This document shows positions 9,073 through 19,179 of a stretch of DNA of 64,000 nucleotides, piece after piece; positions within the stretch are counted from its first letter, which is position 1; every line of letters begins with the position of its first letter. This stretch comes from Thermoanaerobaculia bacterium. Lineage in GTDB: Bacteria > Acidobacteriota > Thermoanaerobaculia > Multivoradales > UBA5704. A program made the translations under genes and the position numbers. Under the pieces are notes generated by a model that was not told the origin of the DNA, made no database searches, and was given only the letters and a program-made list of their open reading frames with translations. The stretch lies in contig JBGAGQ010000005.1 of NCBI GenBank assembly GCA_044226625.1, positions 96,001 to 160,000 on the forward strand, given 5' to 3'.

Positions 9073-12063
9073 ATGCGCCGCCGCGCCGTTTCGCGCCTTT
9101 CGTCGATTCTCGTCGCCGGCACCCTGCTCGCGGGCGGGATCGTCCTGCCTCGCCCGGCCGGAGCGGCCCTTCCGGTCGCCGCCCGCGGTTTCCCTCTGAT
9201 CCGCGAAATCGTCCCGGCGATTCCCGAGGCCGAGGTGCAGAACTTCGGCATCGCGACGGATCGCCGAGGCCTCGTCTACGTCGCGAACCTCGGGGGGCTG
9301 CTGATCTACGACGGCGCCTGGTGGCGCTGCATCCCGATCGGCAAGGCGACCGCGGCGTTTTCCGTCGCGACCGACGCCTCGGGGCGCGTGGCGGTCGGCG
9401 GTATCGACGACCTTGGTTACATCGAGACGAGCGCGGCGGGTGTGCCTCGCTTCGTCTCGTTGCTGGACCTTTTGCCCAAGGACCAGCGGCAGGTCGGGCA
9501 GGTCGGAGCCACGTTCGCCTCGCCGAGAGGGTTCCTCTTCTTCACCGCGGACGCCGTGCTCGAGTGGGACGGAGACAAGCTGCAGACTCTCGCCCGCCCC
9601 GCGGAAGGCCCCCCGTACCCCTCGCTCTACGAGATCGGCGGCGAGTTCTACCTGGCCGACAAGAACGGAGTCGCCAAGCGGGTCGGAGATCGATTCGAGC
9701 CGCTCTCGTGGGGAGCCCAGTTCGCGGGCAAGCGGGTCGATCAGATCCTGCCGGCTCAGAACGCCTTCCTCGTGTCGGTCCGCGGCGAAGGTCTATTCCT
9801 GGTCAACCCGATCGACGGCGTCGCCACGCCCTTCGCGCCGGAGGCGTCGGCCTGGACCTCGGCCAACCGGCTGCTCGCCGGCACCTCGTGCCGCCTGCCG
9901 GACGGGCGTTGGGCGCTCGGATCGATCCTCGGCGGTCTGCTGCTGCTGCGCGCCGACGGCGTCGTCGATCAGGTCATCGACACGCGTTTGGGCCTTCCCG
10001 ACAACTACGTGAGCGGCCTCGCGGCGGACACCGAGGGGGGGCTTTGGCTGGCGCTCAACACCGGGATGGTGCGGGTGGAAATCGGCTCGCCGATCTCCAC
10101 CGTCGACCGTCGCTCGGGTCTGGACGGCAGCATCTATGCCGTGGAACGGCACCGCGGAAAGCTTTGGGTGGCCACCCCGTCCGGAGTGTTCGCCGAGCAG
10201 GCCGAACCACCGAAGAATGGGTTGATCGAGTTTCGCAAGGTGGCTGGATTGCCGTCGGCCGGCTGGAGCTTCGTCTCGGTCGAAGGGGGATTGCTGGTCG
10301 GCACGGCGTTCGGCATCTATTCCGTTCCCGACGTAGGGGTGCCTCGGCTGATCCCGGGCTCCGATGCCGTGGGCACCGCGTACGAGCTGGTCCGCTCGGC
10401 CGACTCGAGGCGGGTCTGGGTGGGCGGAGACGAGGGCCTCTCCAGCCTCTGGCTCGAACCCGACGGGTGGCGGTATCTGCCGCACGCGAGCGGGCCGGGG
10501 GGGGAGGTCCGCTCCATCGTAGAGAGCGGCGACGTGGTTTGGTTCTCGGTACCCCTCGAAGGGGTCTTCGGCCTTCGGATCGGCTCCCCGGGCCAACCCT
10601 CGGCGCTCCTTCGAGTGCCGGACAGCGCCGAGACGAACCTCTATCGGATCGCGGGTCGAGTCGCCGCGGTGCGCGACGACCGTGTCTTATGTCTCGACGA
10701 GACTCGCGCACGGCTGGTCGAGGATTCCGCGTTCGCTCCGTTGGCTGTAGCGGGCACCTTCTCGGTTCTGGCGCAGGATGCGGCGGGCAACGTTTGGCGC
10801 AACAGCCGCCCTCCGGCGGTGTTCTTGCGCCAGGGAGCGGGCTGGTCGGCGACCCCTCGATCTCTGGTCGAGGTTCCGGCGCGATCCGTCGAGCGGATCT
10901 ACCCCGATGCCGACGGATCGGTCTGGCTGGCGGCCGAAAACGGGCTCTACCGGGTCGACTCGCCGCTCCCTCCTGCTCCGCCGCTCCCCGCGCCCCGGTT
11001 CGCGCGCGTGAGCACCGGACGCGGCGACTACCTGTTCGGCGGGACCGCCGCGCGGACCGGGATCGAGCTGCCGAATCGGTTCACCCGGCTCCAGGTGGAG
11101 CTCGCCCCCTTGTCGTTTCGCGCCGGGCTGCGTTTCTCGACCCGGCTCGACCCGATCGACCTCGACTGGGGGGAGGCGCGTATCGATCCGCGCGTCGAGC
11201 TCACCCGGTTGCCCGCCGGCAGCTACACCTTGAGAGCCCGCACCCTCGGGCCGAACGGGGAGCAGAGCCCGGAGGTCGCCTGGGCGTTCCGCGTTCTGCC
11301 CGCCTGGTACGAAACGCCTTGGGCGCTGACGCTGTGGGGAATCCTCGCGTTGATCGGCATCCGCACCTGGGCGAGCCTGCGCAGCCGGGCGCTGCGCCAA
11401 CGAGCGGCGCAGCTCGAGCAGAGGGTGCAGGAACAGACGGCCGAGCTGCGCCAGGCGGTCGCCGATCTCGAGCGGACACAGGACGACCTCGAAGCGGCGA
11501 ACGTGCGCCTGGAGGAGCTGTCGCTCCAGGACGAGCTGACCGGCATCGCCAACCGGCGTCGCCTGCAGATGCTGCTCGACGCCGAGTGGCATCGCGCGCG
11601 GCGGCAGCGCCAGCCGATCGCGTTCATCCTCCTCGATCTCGATCATTTCAAGCTATTGAACGACACGCGCGGGCATCTGGAAGGCGACTTCTGCCTCCAG
11701 TCCGTCGCGGCGTTCCTGAGCCAGGCGGTCCAGCGGACCGGCGATCTGGTCGCCCGCTACGGCGGCGAGGAGTTCGCGGTTCTCCTGCCGGCGACCGATC
11801 TACCCGGAGCGCTCAAGGTGGCCGAAAGGCTGCGCGAGGGACTCGAGCTGCTCGGTCTGCCACACGACGCCGTGCCGGGAGGGCACGTCACCGCGAGCTT
11901 CGGGGTGGCGGCGTTGGTTCCCTTGCTCGGCCAAGAGCCGGAGGACCTTATCGAGGCGGCAGACGCCGCGCTCTACCGCGCGAAGTCCGACGGGCGCAAC
12001 CTCGTGCGGGCTGGCGGACCGGAAGGGGAGACCGGCGAGGTGGACGCCGGGCTGGCGAACTAG
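9073..12063 (+). CDS. Membrane-anchored diguanylate cyclase with periplasmic beta-propeller (Reg_prop/Y_Y_Y-type) sensor
   Basis: Signal peptide, propeller repeats, LPAGSYTLRAR/PAWYET domain, TM, coiled coil, DELTGIANRR, RTGD I-site and GGEEF. Confidence 0.92.
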   Translation: MRRRAVSRLSSILVAGTLLAGGIVLPRPAGAALPVAARGFPLIREIVPAIPEAEVQNFGIATDRRGLVYVANLGGLLIYDGAWWRCIPIGKATAAFSVATDASGRVAVGGIDDLGYIETSAAGVPRFVSLLDLLPKDQRQVGQVGATFASPRGFLFFTADAVLEWDGDKLQTLARPAEGPPYPSLYEIGGEFYLADKNGVAKRVGDRFEPLSWGAQFAGKRVDQILPAQNAFLVSVRGEGLFLVNPIDGVATPFAPEASAWTSANRLLAGTSCRLPDGRWALGSILGGLLLLRADGVVDQVIDTRLGLPDNYVSGLAADTEGGLWLALNTGMVRVEIGSPISTVDRRSGLDGSIYAVERHRGKLWVATPSGVFAEQAEPPKNGLIEFRKVAGLPSAGWSFVSVEGGLLVGTAFGIYSVPDVGVPRLIPGSDAVGTAYELVRSADSRRVWVGGDEGLSSLWLEPDGWRYLPHASGPGGEVRSIVESGDVVWFSVPLEGVFGLRIGSPGQPSALLRVPDSAETNLYRIAGRVAAVRDDRVLCLDETRARLVEDSAFAPLAVAGTFSVLAQDAAGNVWRNSRPPAVFLRQGAGWSATPRSLVEVPARSVERIYPDADGSVWLAAENGLYRVDSPLPPAPPLPAPRFARVSTGRGDYLFGGTAARTGIELPNRFTRLQVELAPLSFRAGLRFSTRLDPIDLDWGEARIDPRVELTRLPAGSYTLRARTLGPNGEQSPEVAWAFRVLPAWYETPWALTLWGILALIGIRTWASLRSRALRQRAAQLEQRVQEQTAELRQAVADLERTQDDLEAANVRLEELSLQDELTGIANRRRLQMLLDAEWHRARRQRQPIAFILLDLDHFKLLNDTRGHLEGDFCLQSVAAFLSQAVQRTGDLVARYGGEEFAVLLPATDLPGALKVAERLREGLELLGLPHDAVPGGHVTASFGVAALVPLLGQEPEDLIEAADAALYRAKSDGRNLVRAGGPEGETGEVDAGLAN

Positions 12064-12142
12064 GGGTGCGGTCGGCGTCGCAGAGTCCCGAGGGCGCCCC
12101 CGAGTCTGTTTGTCGGAACGAAGGGGGTTGCTCAGCAGCCGG

Positions 12143-13042
12143 CTAGGCGACCACCGCGACGCGCCCGGAGCGACCGGGGATCTCGCCCAGCGAGACCTCT
12201 CGCGCCTGGGCTCGTTCGCGCGTCTCGGCCGCGTACTCTGCCGCTGTGAGGTGCTCGATCCCGAGCGCGCGGTGACGCTCGAGCAGTGCGCGGAACAGCG
12301 AGCGATAAGCCAGACCCTCGGTCTCGGCGTGGACCGTGAGGACTTCCGTCTCTCCCGGGCGATAGCGGGCGACCAGCCGGTCGACGTAGTTCTCCGGCGT
12401 GATGCCGTCGCGGCCGAGGTCTTCGTCGAGGGTCGGAAGCGTGGTCGGCAGGTCGAGCAGGTCGAGGACCCGCTCGCGGACGCAGGGAAAAAACGGCGGT
12501 GCCGCGCCGCGCGAGACCGAGACGTACTCGAAACCCTGCCGGGCGAGCACTTCCCAGCCGTCGTCGGTCATGTACCAGGCGGGTGCCGCAAACCCGCGGG
12601 GTTCGGCGCCGAAGATCGTCGCGAACTCCTGCCTCCCGCGCGCGAGCGTCTCTTCGATCCGCCGCCGGTCGAGACGATGGAGCTTGTCTTGCCAGAGCAC
12701 GTGATCCCAGGCGTGAAGGCCGACCTCGTGGCCGAGGTCGCGCGCCTGGCGGAGGGTCGCCGCGCAGCTGCGGCCGATTTTCGGCGCCGGAAGAAGCGTG
12801 CCGTAGAGCGCCGTCTTCCAGCCGTACATCTTTGCCGCGTTGGTGCGCAGCATCTTGCCCAGGAAGCCGGGCTTGGTGAACACCCGGAAGATCGCCCGGC
12901 CCGAGCGGTCGGGACCGAGCGTCCAATAGAAGCTCGCGCGCACTCCCGCTCGGCTCAGGTCTTCGAGCATCGCCGGCAACCCCTCCCGCGTGCCGCGGTA
13001 GGTGTCGACGTCGATCTTCAGGACGACCCGGGTCGGCTTCAT
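12143..13042 (-). CDS. arnD: ArnD-like undecaprenyl-phosphate-Ara4FN deformylase (polysaccharide deacetylase fold)
   Basis: LKIDVDTYRGTREG, GPDRSGR, HEVGLHAWDH..WQD, PTTLPTLDE and HAETEG motifs; arn operon context. Confidence 0.85.
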   Translation of the reverse strand: MKPTRVVLKIDVDTYRGTREGLPAMLEDLSRAGVRASFYWTLGPDRSGRAIFRVFTKPGFLGKMLRTNAAKMYGWKTALYGTLLPAPKIGRSCAATLRQARDLGHEVGLHAWDHVLWQDKLHRLDRRRIEETLARGRQEFATIFGAEPRGFAAPAWYMTDDGWEVLARQGFEYVSVSRGAAPPFFPCVRERVLDLLDLPTTLPTLDEDLGRDGITPENYVDRLVARYRPGETEVLTVHAETEGLAYRSLFRALLERHRALGIEHLTAAEYAAETRERAQAREVSLGEIPGRSGRVAVVA

Positions 13043-13049
13043 ACGTGCG

Positions 13050-14027
13050 CTAGCGCCGCAGCTTTCCTTCCTCGTCGGCCCGGAACCACTCGATCGTCTG
13101 ACGCAGCCCCTCTTCGAGCGGCGTGGCCGGATCGACGCCGAGGATCTCCCGCATCCGCGTGATGTCGGGATACCGGCGCGGGATGTCTTCGTAGCTCTCG
13201 CCGTAGATTTCCTGCTGCTGGACGAACGTGATCTTCGAGCCGGTGTCCGGGTAGGCGCGGATCATCGCCTCGGCGAGCTCGAGGATCGTCGTCTCCCGGT
13301 CGGTACCGATGTTGAAGATCCCACCCAGCGCCTCCTCTTTTTCGCCCGCCGCGGCGAGCGCCCGGACCGCGTCGCCGACGTAGGTGAACGCCCGCGTCTG
13401 TTTGCCGTCGCCGATCACGGTGAGCGGCTCGCCGCGCAGGAGCTGCCCCATGAAGATCGTGATCACGCGGCCGACGTCGATCCGATCCAGGCGTGGTCCG
13501 TACGCGTTGAAGAACCGGACGATGACGATCGGCAGCCCGAGCTTGCCGTAGGCGAAGCAGAAGTGCTCGCCCACCGCCTTCGAGGTCGAATAGCACCACC
13601 GGTCGATCGAGGTGGGACCGAGCAGCCGGTCGCCGTACTCACGGAACGGGGTGTCCTTCGACTTGCCGTACACCTCGGAGGTCGAGGAGAAGATCACCTT
13701 CTTGTCGTACCGGTAGGCGAGCTTCGCCACCTCCTGGGTGCCGTTCACGTTGACGTTCAGGACGTGCAGGGGATCCTCGACGTAGTGCTCGACGCCGACC
13801 ACCGCGCCCAGGTGGAACACCTTGTCGCACTTGGCGATCAGGCTCTCGAGCAGGTCGTGGTCGAGGATGGAACCCTTGATGAACTGGAACTTCGGGTTGC
13901 CGAGGTTGTGGCGGATCTTCAAGTCGGAGGAGGTGTCGAGCGCGACGACCTCGTGCCCTTGGGAGAGCAGAAGGTCACCGAGGTGGGAGCCCAGGAAGCC
14001 GGCTCCCCCGGTGATCAGAATTTTCAT
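13050..14027 (-). CDS. NAD-dependent epimerase/dehydrogenase, probable UDP-GlcA oxidase/decarboxylase (ArnA C-terminal equivalent)
   Basis: [22 protein letters not shown] (YxxxK), GPRLD; arn context. Confidence 0.8.
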   Translation of the reverse strand: MKILITGGAGFLGSHLGDLLLSQGHEVVALDTSSDLKIRHNLGNPKFQFIKGSILDHDLLESLIAKCDKVFHLGAVVGVEHYVEDPLHVLNVNVNGTQEVAKLAYRYDKKVIFSSTSEVYGKSKDTPFREYGDRLLGPTSIDRWCYSTSKAVGEHFCFAYGKLGLPIVIVRFFNAYGPRLDRIDVGRVITIFMGQLLRGEPLTVIGDGKQTRAFTYVGDAVRALAAAGEKEEALGGIFNIGTDRETTILELAEAMIRAYPDTGSKITFVQQQEIYGESYEDIPRRYPDITRMREILGVDPATPLEEGLRQTIEWFRADEEGKLRR

Positions 14028-14076
14028 GGCGTGCTCTTTCTAGCGGTACGTGTCTTGGATCGAAGTCGAACGAAGC

Positions 14077-14982
14077 CTACGAGGTCGAGGTTTGAGCGAG
14101 GGCCTCGGCGAGCCCCTCCGCCTGGTCGATCCGGAACCAGCGGTCGGCCGTGGCGATCCGGATTCTCTCACCGATCCGGTCCACCGTGCCGGGCGCCGGG
14201 CGTTCGCCCTCCAGAGAGGCTGAGATCTCCTCCTCGGGCTCGCCCGCAAAGACCTCCACCCGGCGGTCGCCGATCGTGCCGAACGCGCCGGGCCAGGGGG
14301 GCGCCACGGCGCGCACGAGGCAATCGATGCGCGCGGCCGGCCACGACCAGTCAATCCGCCCGTCTTCCGGCCGGCGTCGACCGACCTTCGACGCCTTCGA
14401 CTCGTCCTGGACGATCCGCGGCGCGGTGCCGTCGGCCACCTGGGGGAGCGCTTCGGCGAGCAGCTCGACGCCCGCCTGCTCGATCTCCAGGTAGAGCGAG
14501 AGGGCTGTCGCGCGGGAGGCGATCGGTACCCGACGCTGGGCGACGACGTCGCCCGCGTCCGCTCGGCGAACCATGTGATGAAGGGTGATGCCCGTTTCCC
14601 GTTCGCCGTTCACCAAGACCCAGTTGATCGGTGCCCGACCGCGATAGGCCGGGAGCAGCGACGGGTGGAGGTTGAGCGCCGCGATTTTCGCTGCGCCCAG
14701 CACCGATTCGGGAAGCATGGAGCGATAGAAGACCGAGAGGATCAGGTCGGGGGCCAGCTCCGCGGCGAGCGAGGCGATTGCCGGGCCCGCTTCGGGGAAG
14801 TCCTCCGAATAGACGATCGGCAGCCCATGGGCCGCCGCGGATTCGGCGGGGGTCTTGTACCAGCGGTTCTCGTGCGGATCGTCGCGATGGGTCACCACGG
14901 CGAGCACCTCGTCGCCGCGCTCGACCAGAAGCTCGACCGTGCGGTAGCCGATCTGGCTATAGCCGAAAAACAGAACTCTCAT
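14077..14982 (-). CDS. Formyltransferase (ArnA N-terminal equivalent, UDP-Ara4N formyltransferase)
   Basis: VVTHRDDPHEN.W, NLHPSLLPAYRGRAPINWVLVNGE.ETG.TLH, RAV..PWPGAF motifs. Confidence 0.88.
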   Translation of the reverse strand: MRVLFFGYSQIGYRTVELLVERGDEVLAVVTHRDDPHENRWYKTPAESAAAHGLPIVYSEDFPEAGPAIASLAAELAPDLILSVFYRSMLPESVLGAAKIAALNLHPSLLPAYRGRAPINWVLVNGERETGITLHHMVRRADAGDVVAQRRVPIASRATALSLYLEIEQAGVELLAEALPQVADGTAPRIVQDESKASKVGRRRPEDGRIDWSWPAARIDCLVRAVAPPWPGAFGTIGDRRVEVFAGEPEEEISASLEGERPAPGTVDRIGERIRIATADRWFRIDQAEGLAEALAQTSTS

Positions 14983-16004
14983 GCTTTTCCCCCCTCTCCC
15001 TCTGGGAGAGGGGCCGGGGGTGAGGCCTGAGGTCGACCGGCCGAGGGCGAGGGCTGGGAGAAATTCAGGGTCTCCGCGACGACGCTTCGCGGCCGTTGGC
15101 GGACCTCGACGTAGATCCGCCCGACGTATTCGCCGAGGATGCCGACCGCGAGGAACAGGAGGCCCACGAGGAGGAAGAGGATCGCGAACAGCGTGAACAG
15201 CCCCTCGGCCTCCGGCCCTTCGATCAGCCGGCGGATTCCGAGGAACAGGCCGAAGCCCGACGAGAAGATCGCGATCACCAGACCGGTCCAGGTCGCGAAC
15301 TTGAGAGGCAGCGACGAGAACCCGGTGATCAGATCCGCCTGGAGCTTGAACAGCTTCCAGAGGGAGTATTTCGAATCGCCGACGGCCCGTTCGGCGTGTC
15401 CCACCGGCACTTCGGCGATTCGGCGAGCGAACTGGCAGGCGAGCGCCGGAACGAACGAGGATCGCTCCTGGCAGCGCCCCATGGCGTCGACCACCGGGCG
15501 GGTGTAGGCGCGCAGCATGCAGCCGTAGTCGCGAAAATCGACGCCCGGCATCACCCGCCGCATCATCCGGTTGATCTGGCGCGAGGCGAAGCGGCGGAAG
15601 AAGGAGTCCTTCCGTTCGACCCGATAGCCGCCCACGACGTCGAATCCCTCTTCGGCTTTCGCGAGCAGCTTCGGGATGTCCTCGGGCGGGTTCTGGAGAT
15701 CGGCGTCGAGTGTCACCACCGTCTCGCCGCGCGAAGCCTCGAGCCCTGCGAGCACCGCGGCGTGCTGGCCGTAGTTCCGGTTGAACGAGATCACCTTGAC
15801 GCGCCGGTCCTCGGCCGCGATCTCGCGCAGGATCGGCAGCGAACGGTCCGCGCTCCCGTCGTCGACGAGGATCGCCTCGACCTCCTCCCCGGCCGATTCT
15901 CGGGCCTCCGCTTCGACGGCGTCGAGCACGGGGCGGAGGCGAGCGTACAGCTGGTGGAGGTTCCCCTCCTCGTTGTAGACCGGGATGACGACCGAAAGCC
16001 GCAT
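14979..16004 (-). CDS. arnC: Undecaprenyl-phosphate Ara4FN transferase (GT2)
   Basis: LSVVIPVYNEE, VDDGSAD, RNYGQH, TLDADLQNPP, DYGCMLRAY and two C-terminal TMs; ATG at 16004. Confidence 0.85.
   Translation of the reverse strand: MRLSVVIPVYNEEGNLHQLYARLRPVLDAVEAEARESAGEEVEAILVDDGSADRSLPILREIAAEDRRVKVISFNRNYGQHAAVLAGLEASRGETVVTLDADLQNPPEDIPKLLAKAEEGFDVVGGYRVERKDSFFRRFASRQINRMMRRVMPGVDFRDYGCMLRAYTRPVVDAMGRCQERSSFVPALACQFARRIAEVPVGHAERAVGDSKYSLWKLFKLQADLITGFSSLPLKFATWTGLVIAIFSSGFGLFLGIRRLIEGPEAEGLFTLFAILFLLVGLLFLAVGILGEYVGRIYVEVRQRPRSVVAETLNFSQPSPSAGRPQASPPAPLPEGEGGKA
14989..15025. repeat. REP-like palindromic element (CCCCTCTCCC-N3-GGGAGAGGGG...GGGGTGAGG) inside the arnC 3' end
   Basis: Inverted repeat cccctctccc/gggagagggg followed by a ggggtgagg tail; on the minus strand it encodes ASPPAPLPEGEG. 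Confidence 0.7.
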
Positions 16005-16087
16005 GGACTGGATCCGCTGTTCGTTCGCTCGTGGAGCCTTGGACGATCCTAGGGGGGAACCGATCCCTCTCGGGCTCGCACGCTCTC

Positions 16088-17284
16088 TTACGCCTCGGTG
16101 CGCTCCACCGCGTCGCGCACCGCGGCGACTACGTCGGCCGCGTCCTCGTCCGTCATGGTCGGGAAGAGCGGGAGCGAGACGATCCGCGAGCAAACCTCTT
16201 CGGCCACGGGGAAGCGCCCCTCGGTATAGCCGAACTTTTCGCGGTAGTAGGAGTGGAGATGGACCGCCTCGAAATGGAGGCCGGTGCCGATCCCCAGTTC
16301 TTTCAACCGCCCCATGAACGACGCGCGCTCCGGGGCGAGCACCGTGAACAGGTGCCACGGGTGGACGTGGGCATACGGGGCGGTCCCCGGGAGCCCCAAC
16401 CCGGGAAGGCCCGAAAGCTCTTTCCGGTAGATCGCCGCGATCTCCGCGCGCCGGGCGTTGAAGCGAGGGAGCTTCCGCAGCTGATGGAGGCCGACCGCGG
16501 AGTGCAGGTCGGTCAAGTTGTACTTGAATCCGGGGAGCACCACGTCGTAAGTGGCCGGCGCCTTTTCCGTCGCCGAATACGCCTTCCAGGCGTCGCGCCG
16601 CACACCGTGGAAACGCCAGAGCTTGATCCGATCCGCGAGCTCTGCGTCGTCGGTGGTGATCATCCCACCCTCTGCAGAGGTCATGTTCTTGATTGGATGG
16701 AAGGAGAAGCAGGCGGCGGTCGTCTTGAGCCTCGCCGTCGCGCCGATCGGCGTTCCCTTGTATTCCGTCCCCGCCGCGTGGGCGGCATCCTCGATGATCG
16801 CGACGTCCTCGCGCCCCGCCGCCGAAAGCACCGCCCGGATCGCGTCCAGGTCGGCCGGCTGGCCGCCGAAGTGAACCGGAACGACCGCCTTCGTGCGGGG
16901 CGAGAGCGCCGCCGCGAAAGACTCCGGATCGAGATTCCAGGTCGAGCGGTCGACGTCGGCGAAGACCGGAGTCGCGCCGCAAGCGATCACCATGTTCGAC
17001 GTCGCGGGCCAGGTCAGGGCGGGAACGACCACCTCATCACCCGGGCCGTATCCAAGCGCCAGGAAGATGACGTGGAGCGCGCCCGTACAGGAGGAAAAAG
17101 CGAGCGCGTGCTCGGCCCCTACGGAGGCCGCGAATTCCTTCTCGAGCGTCGCGGTGATCGGACCGGTCGTGATCCATCCCGACATTAGACAGCGGACGAC
17201 CTCTTCGATCTCCTCGTCGCCGATGTCGGGGCGGGAAAAGGGGAGGGGCGGGTTCTTCGGCAGCACCGGCGGAGCGTAGTGCAT
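16088..17284 (-). CDS. arnB: UDP-4-amino-4-deoxy-L-arabinose aminotransferase (DegT/DnrJ family)
   Basis: LPFSRP, SGWITTGP, IEDAAHA, FSFHPIKNMT.AEGG (PLP lysine), PGFKYNLTD, GIGTGLHF. Confidence 0.88.
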   Translation of the reverse strand: MHYAPPVLPKNPPLPFSRPDIGDEEIEEVVRCLMSGWITTGPITATLEKEFAASVGAEHALAFSSCTGALHVIFLALGYGPGDEVVVPALTWPATSNMVIACGATPVFADVDRSTWNLDPESFAAALSPRTKAVVPVHFGGQPADLDAIRAVLSAAGREDVAIIEDAAHAAGTEYKGTPIGATARLKTTAACFSFHPIKNMTSAEGGMITTDDAELADRIKLWRFHGVRRDAWKAYSATEKAPATYDVVLPGFKYNLTDLHSAVGLHQLRKLPRFNARRAEIAAIYRKELSGLPGLGLPGTAPYAHVHPWHLFTVLAPERASFMGRLKELGIGTGLHFEAVHLHSYYREKFGYTEGRFPVAEEVCSRIVSLPLFPTMTDEDAADVVAAVRDAVERTEA

Positions 17285-17419
17285 TCGCGGGTGGCCCGCA
17301 AACTCCGGAGGAGGGGTTTAGGTGCTCGCCAGGCCCCCGGCGCTTCCGGTCCTCGCCCCTACGACCGGTTCGGCCGCGACCTCCTCCGTCGTCGGGTTCG
17401 CGGTGCGATACTTCCGCCC

Positions 17420-19132
17420 ATGCCCGAGCCCCTTGCCTCCCCACCGAGCCGAAGAACTTGGCTCGTCGATCTCCTTCTGTTGACCCTCGTCTTCGCCGTC
17501 CTGCTTGGCCCCTCGATCAGCCGCCGCGCGCTCTGGGAGCCGGACGAGGGGCGCTACGCCGAGATCCCCCGCGAGATGGTCGAGACCGGCGACTATCTGA
17601 CGCCGCGCGTGAACGGCATCAAATACTTCGAAAAGCCGCCGTTGGTCTATTGGGCGACCGCCGCCGCCATCCGCGTGGGGGGCACCTCGGAAGGGGTCGT
17701 TCGCTTTCCGATCGCGCTGTTCGCACTGCTCGGAGCGGCCGGCGTCTACGTCGCTGGCCGTCGCCTCTACGGACGGACGGCGGGGCTCCTCGCGTCGTTC
17801 GTGCTCGCGACCGCCCCGCTCTGGCTCGGGCTGGGGCAGATCCTCTCGCTCGACATGCCGGTCTCGGCGCTTCTCACCGTGTCGCTCCTCGCCTTTCTCC
17901 TCGCCGTCCGCCATCCGCCCGGCTGGAACCGCCGGCTCCTGATCTGGGCGTTCTACGCCGCCGCGGCGCTCGCGGTCCTCGCCAAGGGGCTGATCGGCGT
18001 CTTGATCCCGGCGATGGTGATAGGCGTCTGGATTCTCGTAGCCCGCCAATGGCGCCTGATCCCCGCGGCCCTGGCCCCTACCGGCATTCTCGTCTTCCTC
18101 GCCATCGCCGTCCCCTGGCACGTCCTCGCCTCGAACGCCCATTCGGAGTTTGCCCGGTTCTATTTCATCCACGAGCATTTCGAGCGCTACCTCAGCAAGG
18201 TCCACGATCGCTACGAGCCCCCCTGGTACTTCGTCCCCGTTCTCCTCGGGGGCCTCCTCCCCTGGACCCTGTTTCTTCCCCAAGCCCTCCGAGACGCCTG
18301 GCGCACCACGCCGGCCGAACGCAAAGAGAACCTCTTCCTCGCCCTCTGGGCCGCGCTCGTCTTCGGCTTCTTTTCCCTATCGGATTCGAAGCTGATGCCC
18401 TACGTCCTCCCCGCCGTCCCGCCGCTCGCCCTCCTGGTGGGCCGATGGCTTGGGAACCTCGTAGACACGACCCGCGAATCTCGCGAGCAACGATCGCCCC
18501 TGCGCCCCGGGCTCTGGATTCTGCTGGCCCTCGGACTCCTCCTGGCCGCCGCGCTCGCCTTTTGGCCGACTCCTGCCGAAGGAACCAAAGATCGCGCCTT
18601 CATCGATCTGCTCGGCGGCTATCGTCCGGTGCTGGCCCTCTGCTTCGCCGTAATCGGCCTCGCGCCGTTCGTTGCCGACCGAGTAGGCAAACGGCGAGCA
18701 ACCCTAGGTGCTCTGGTCGCCGGCAATGCCCTCCTCTTTATGGTCCTGGGAGCGCTCGCCCCGCGCTTCGACGCCTACCGCTCGACCAAGTCGCTCGCCG
18801 AAGCCCTTCAAAAGCAACTCCAACCCGGAGACGAAGTCGCGAGCTACCACTTCTACCCCCACACCCTTGCCTACTACCTCGAGCGACGCATCACGATCGC
18901 CGGCTATACCGGAGAGCTCGACTTCGGCTCGAAGCACGACGACACGAAGGCTTGGGTTATCGAAGATATGGAGTTCTGGCGGCGGTGGAACGGGCCGGGG
19001 AGGATGTTCGTGATGGTGGATACTCGGCACAAGAAGCCGCTGCCCGCGGAGTTGGCGGGGGGGCGGGTGGTGGGTGGGGCGGGGGAGTGGCGGGTGATAC
19101 AGAAATGCAGAGGCTTGGATTGCCAGTTATAG
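17420..19132 (+). CDS. arnT: Lipid A 4-amino-4-deoxy-L-arabinose transferase (GT83)
   Basis: LWEPDEGRYAEIPREM, YFEKPPLVYW, LAKG, FFSLS.SKL..Y.LP motifs; divergent from arnB. Confidence 0.88.
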   Translation: MPEPLASPPSRRTWLVDLLLLTLVFAVLLGPSISRRALWEPDEGRYAEIPREMVETGDYLTPRVNGIKYFEKPPLVYWATAAAIRVGGTSEGVVRFPIALFALLGAAGVYVAGRRLYGRTAGLLASFVLATAPLWLGLGQILSLDMPVSALLTVSLLAFLLAVRHPPGWNRRLLIWAFYAAAALAVLAKGLIGVLIPAMVIGVWILVARQWRLIPAALAPTGILVFLAIAVPWHVLASNAHSEFARFYFIHEHFERYLSKVHDRYEPPWYFVPVLLGGLLPWTLFLPQALRDAWRTTPAERKENLFLALWAALVFGFFSLSDSKLMPYVLPAVPPLALLVGRWLGNLVDTTRESREQRSPLRPGLWILLALGLLLAAALAFWPTPAEGTKDRAFIDLLGGYRPVLALCFAVIGLAPFVADRVGKRRATLGALVAGNALLFMVLGALAPRFDAYRSTKSLAEALQKQLQPGDEVASYHFYPHTLAYYLERRITIAGYTGELDFGSKHDDTKAWVIEDMEFWRRWNGPGRMFVMVDTRHKKPLPAELAGGRVVGGAGEWRVIQKCRGLDCQL

Positions 19133-19179
19133 TGAATCCAGGTGGCTTACGACCGAATTTCTCGGCAATCGCCCACTTT

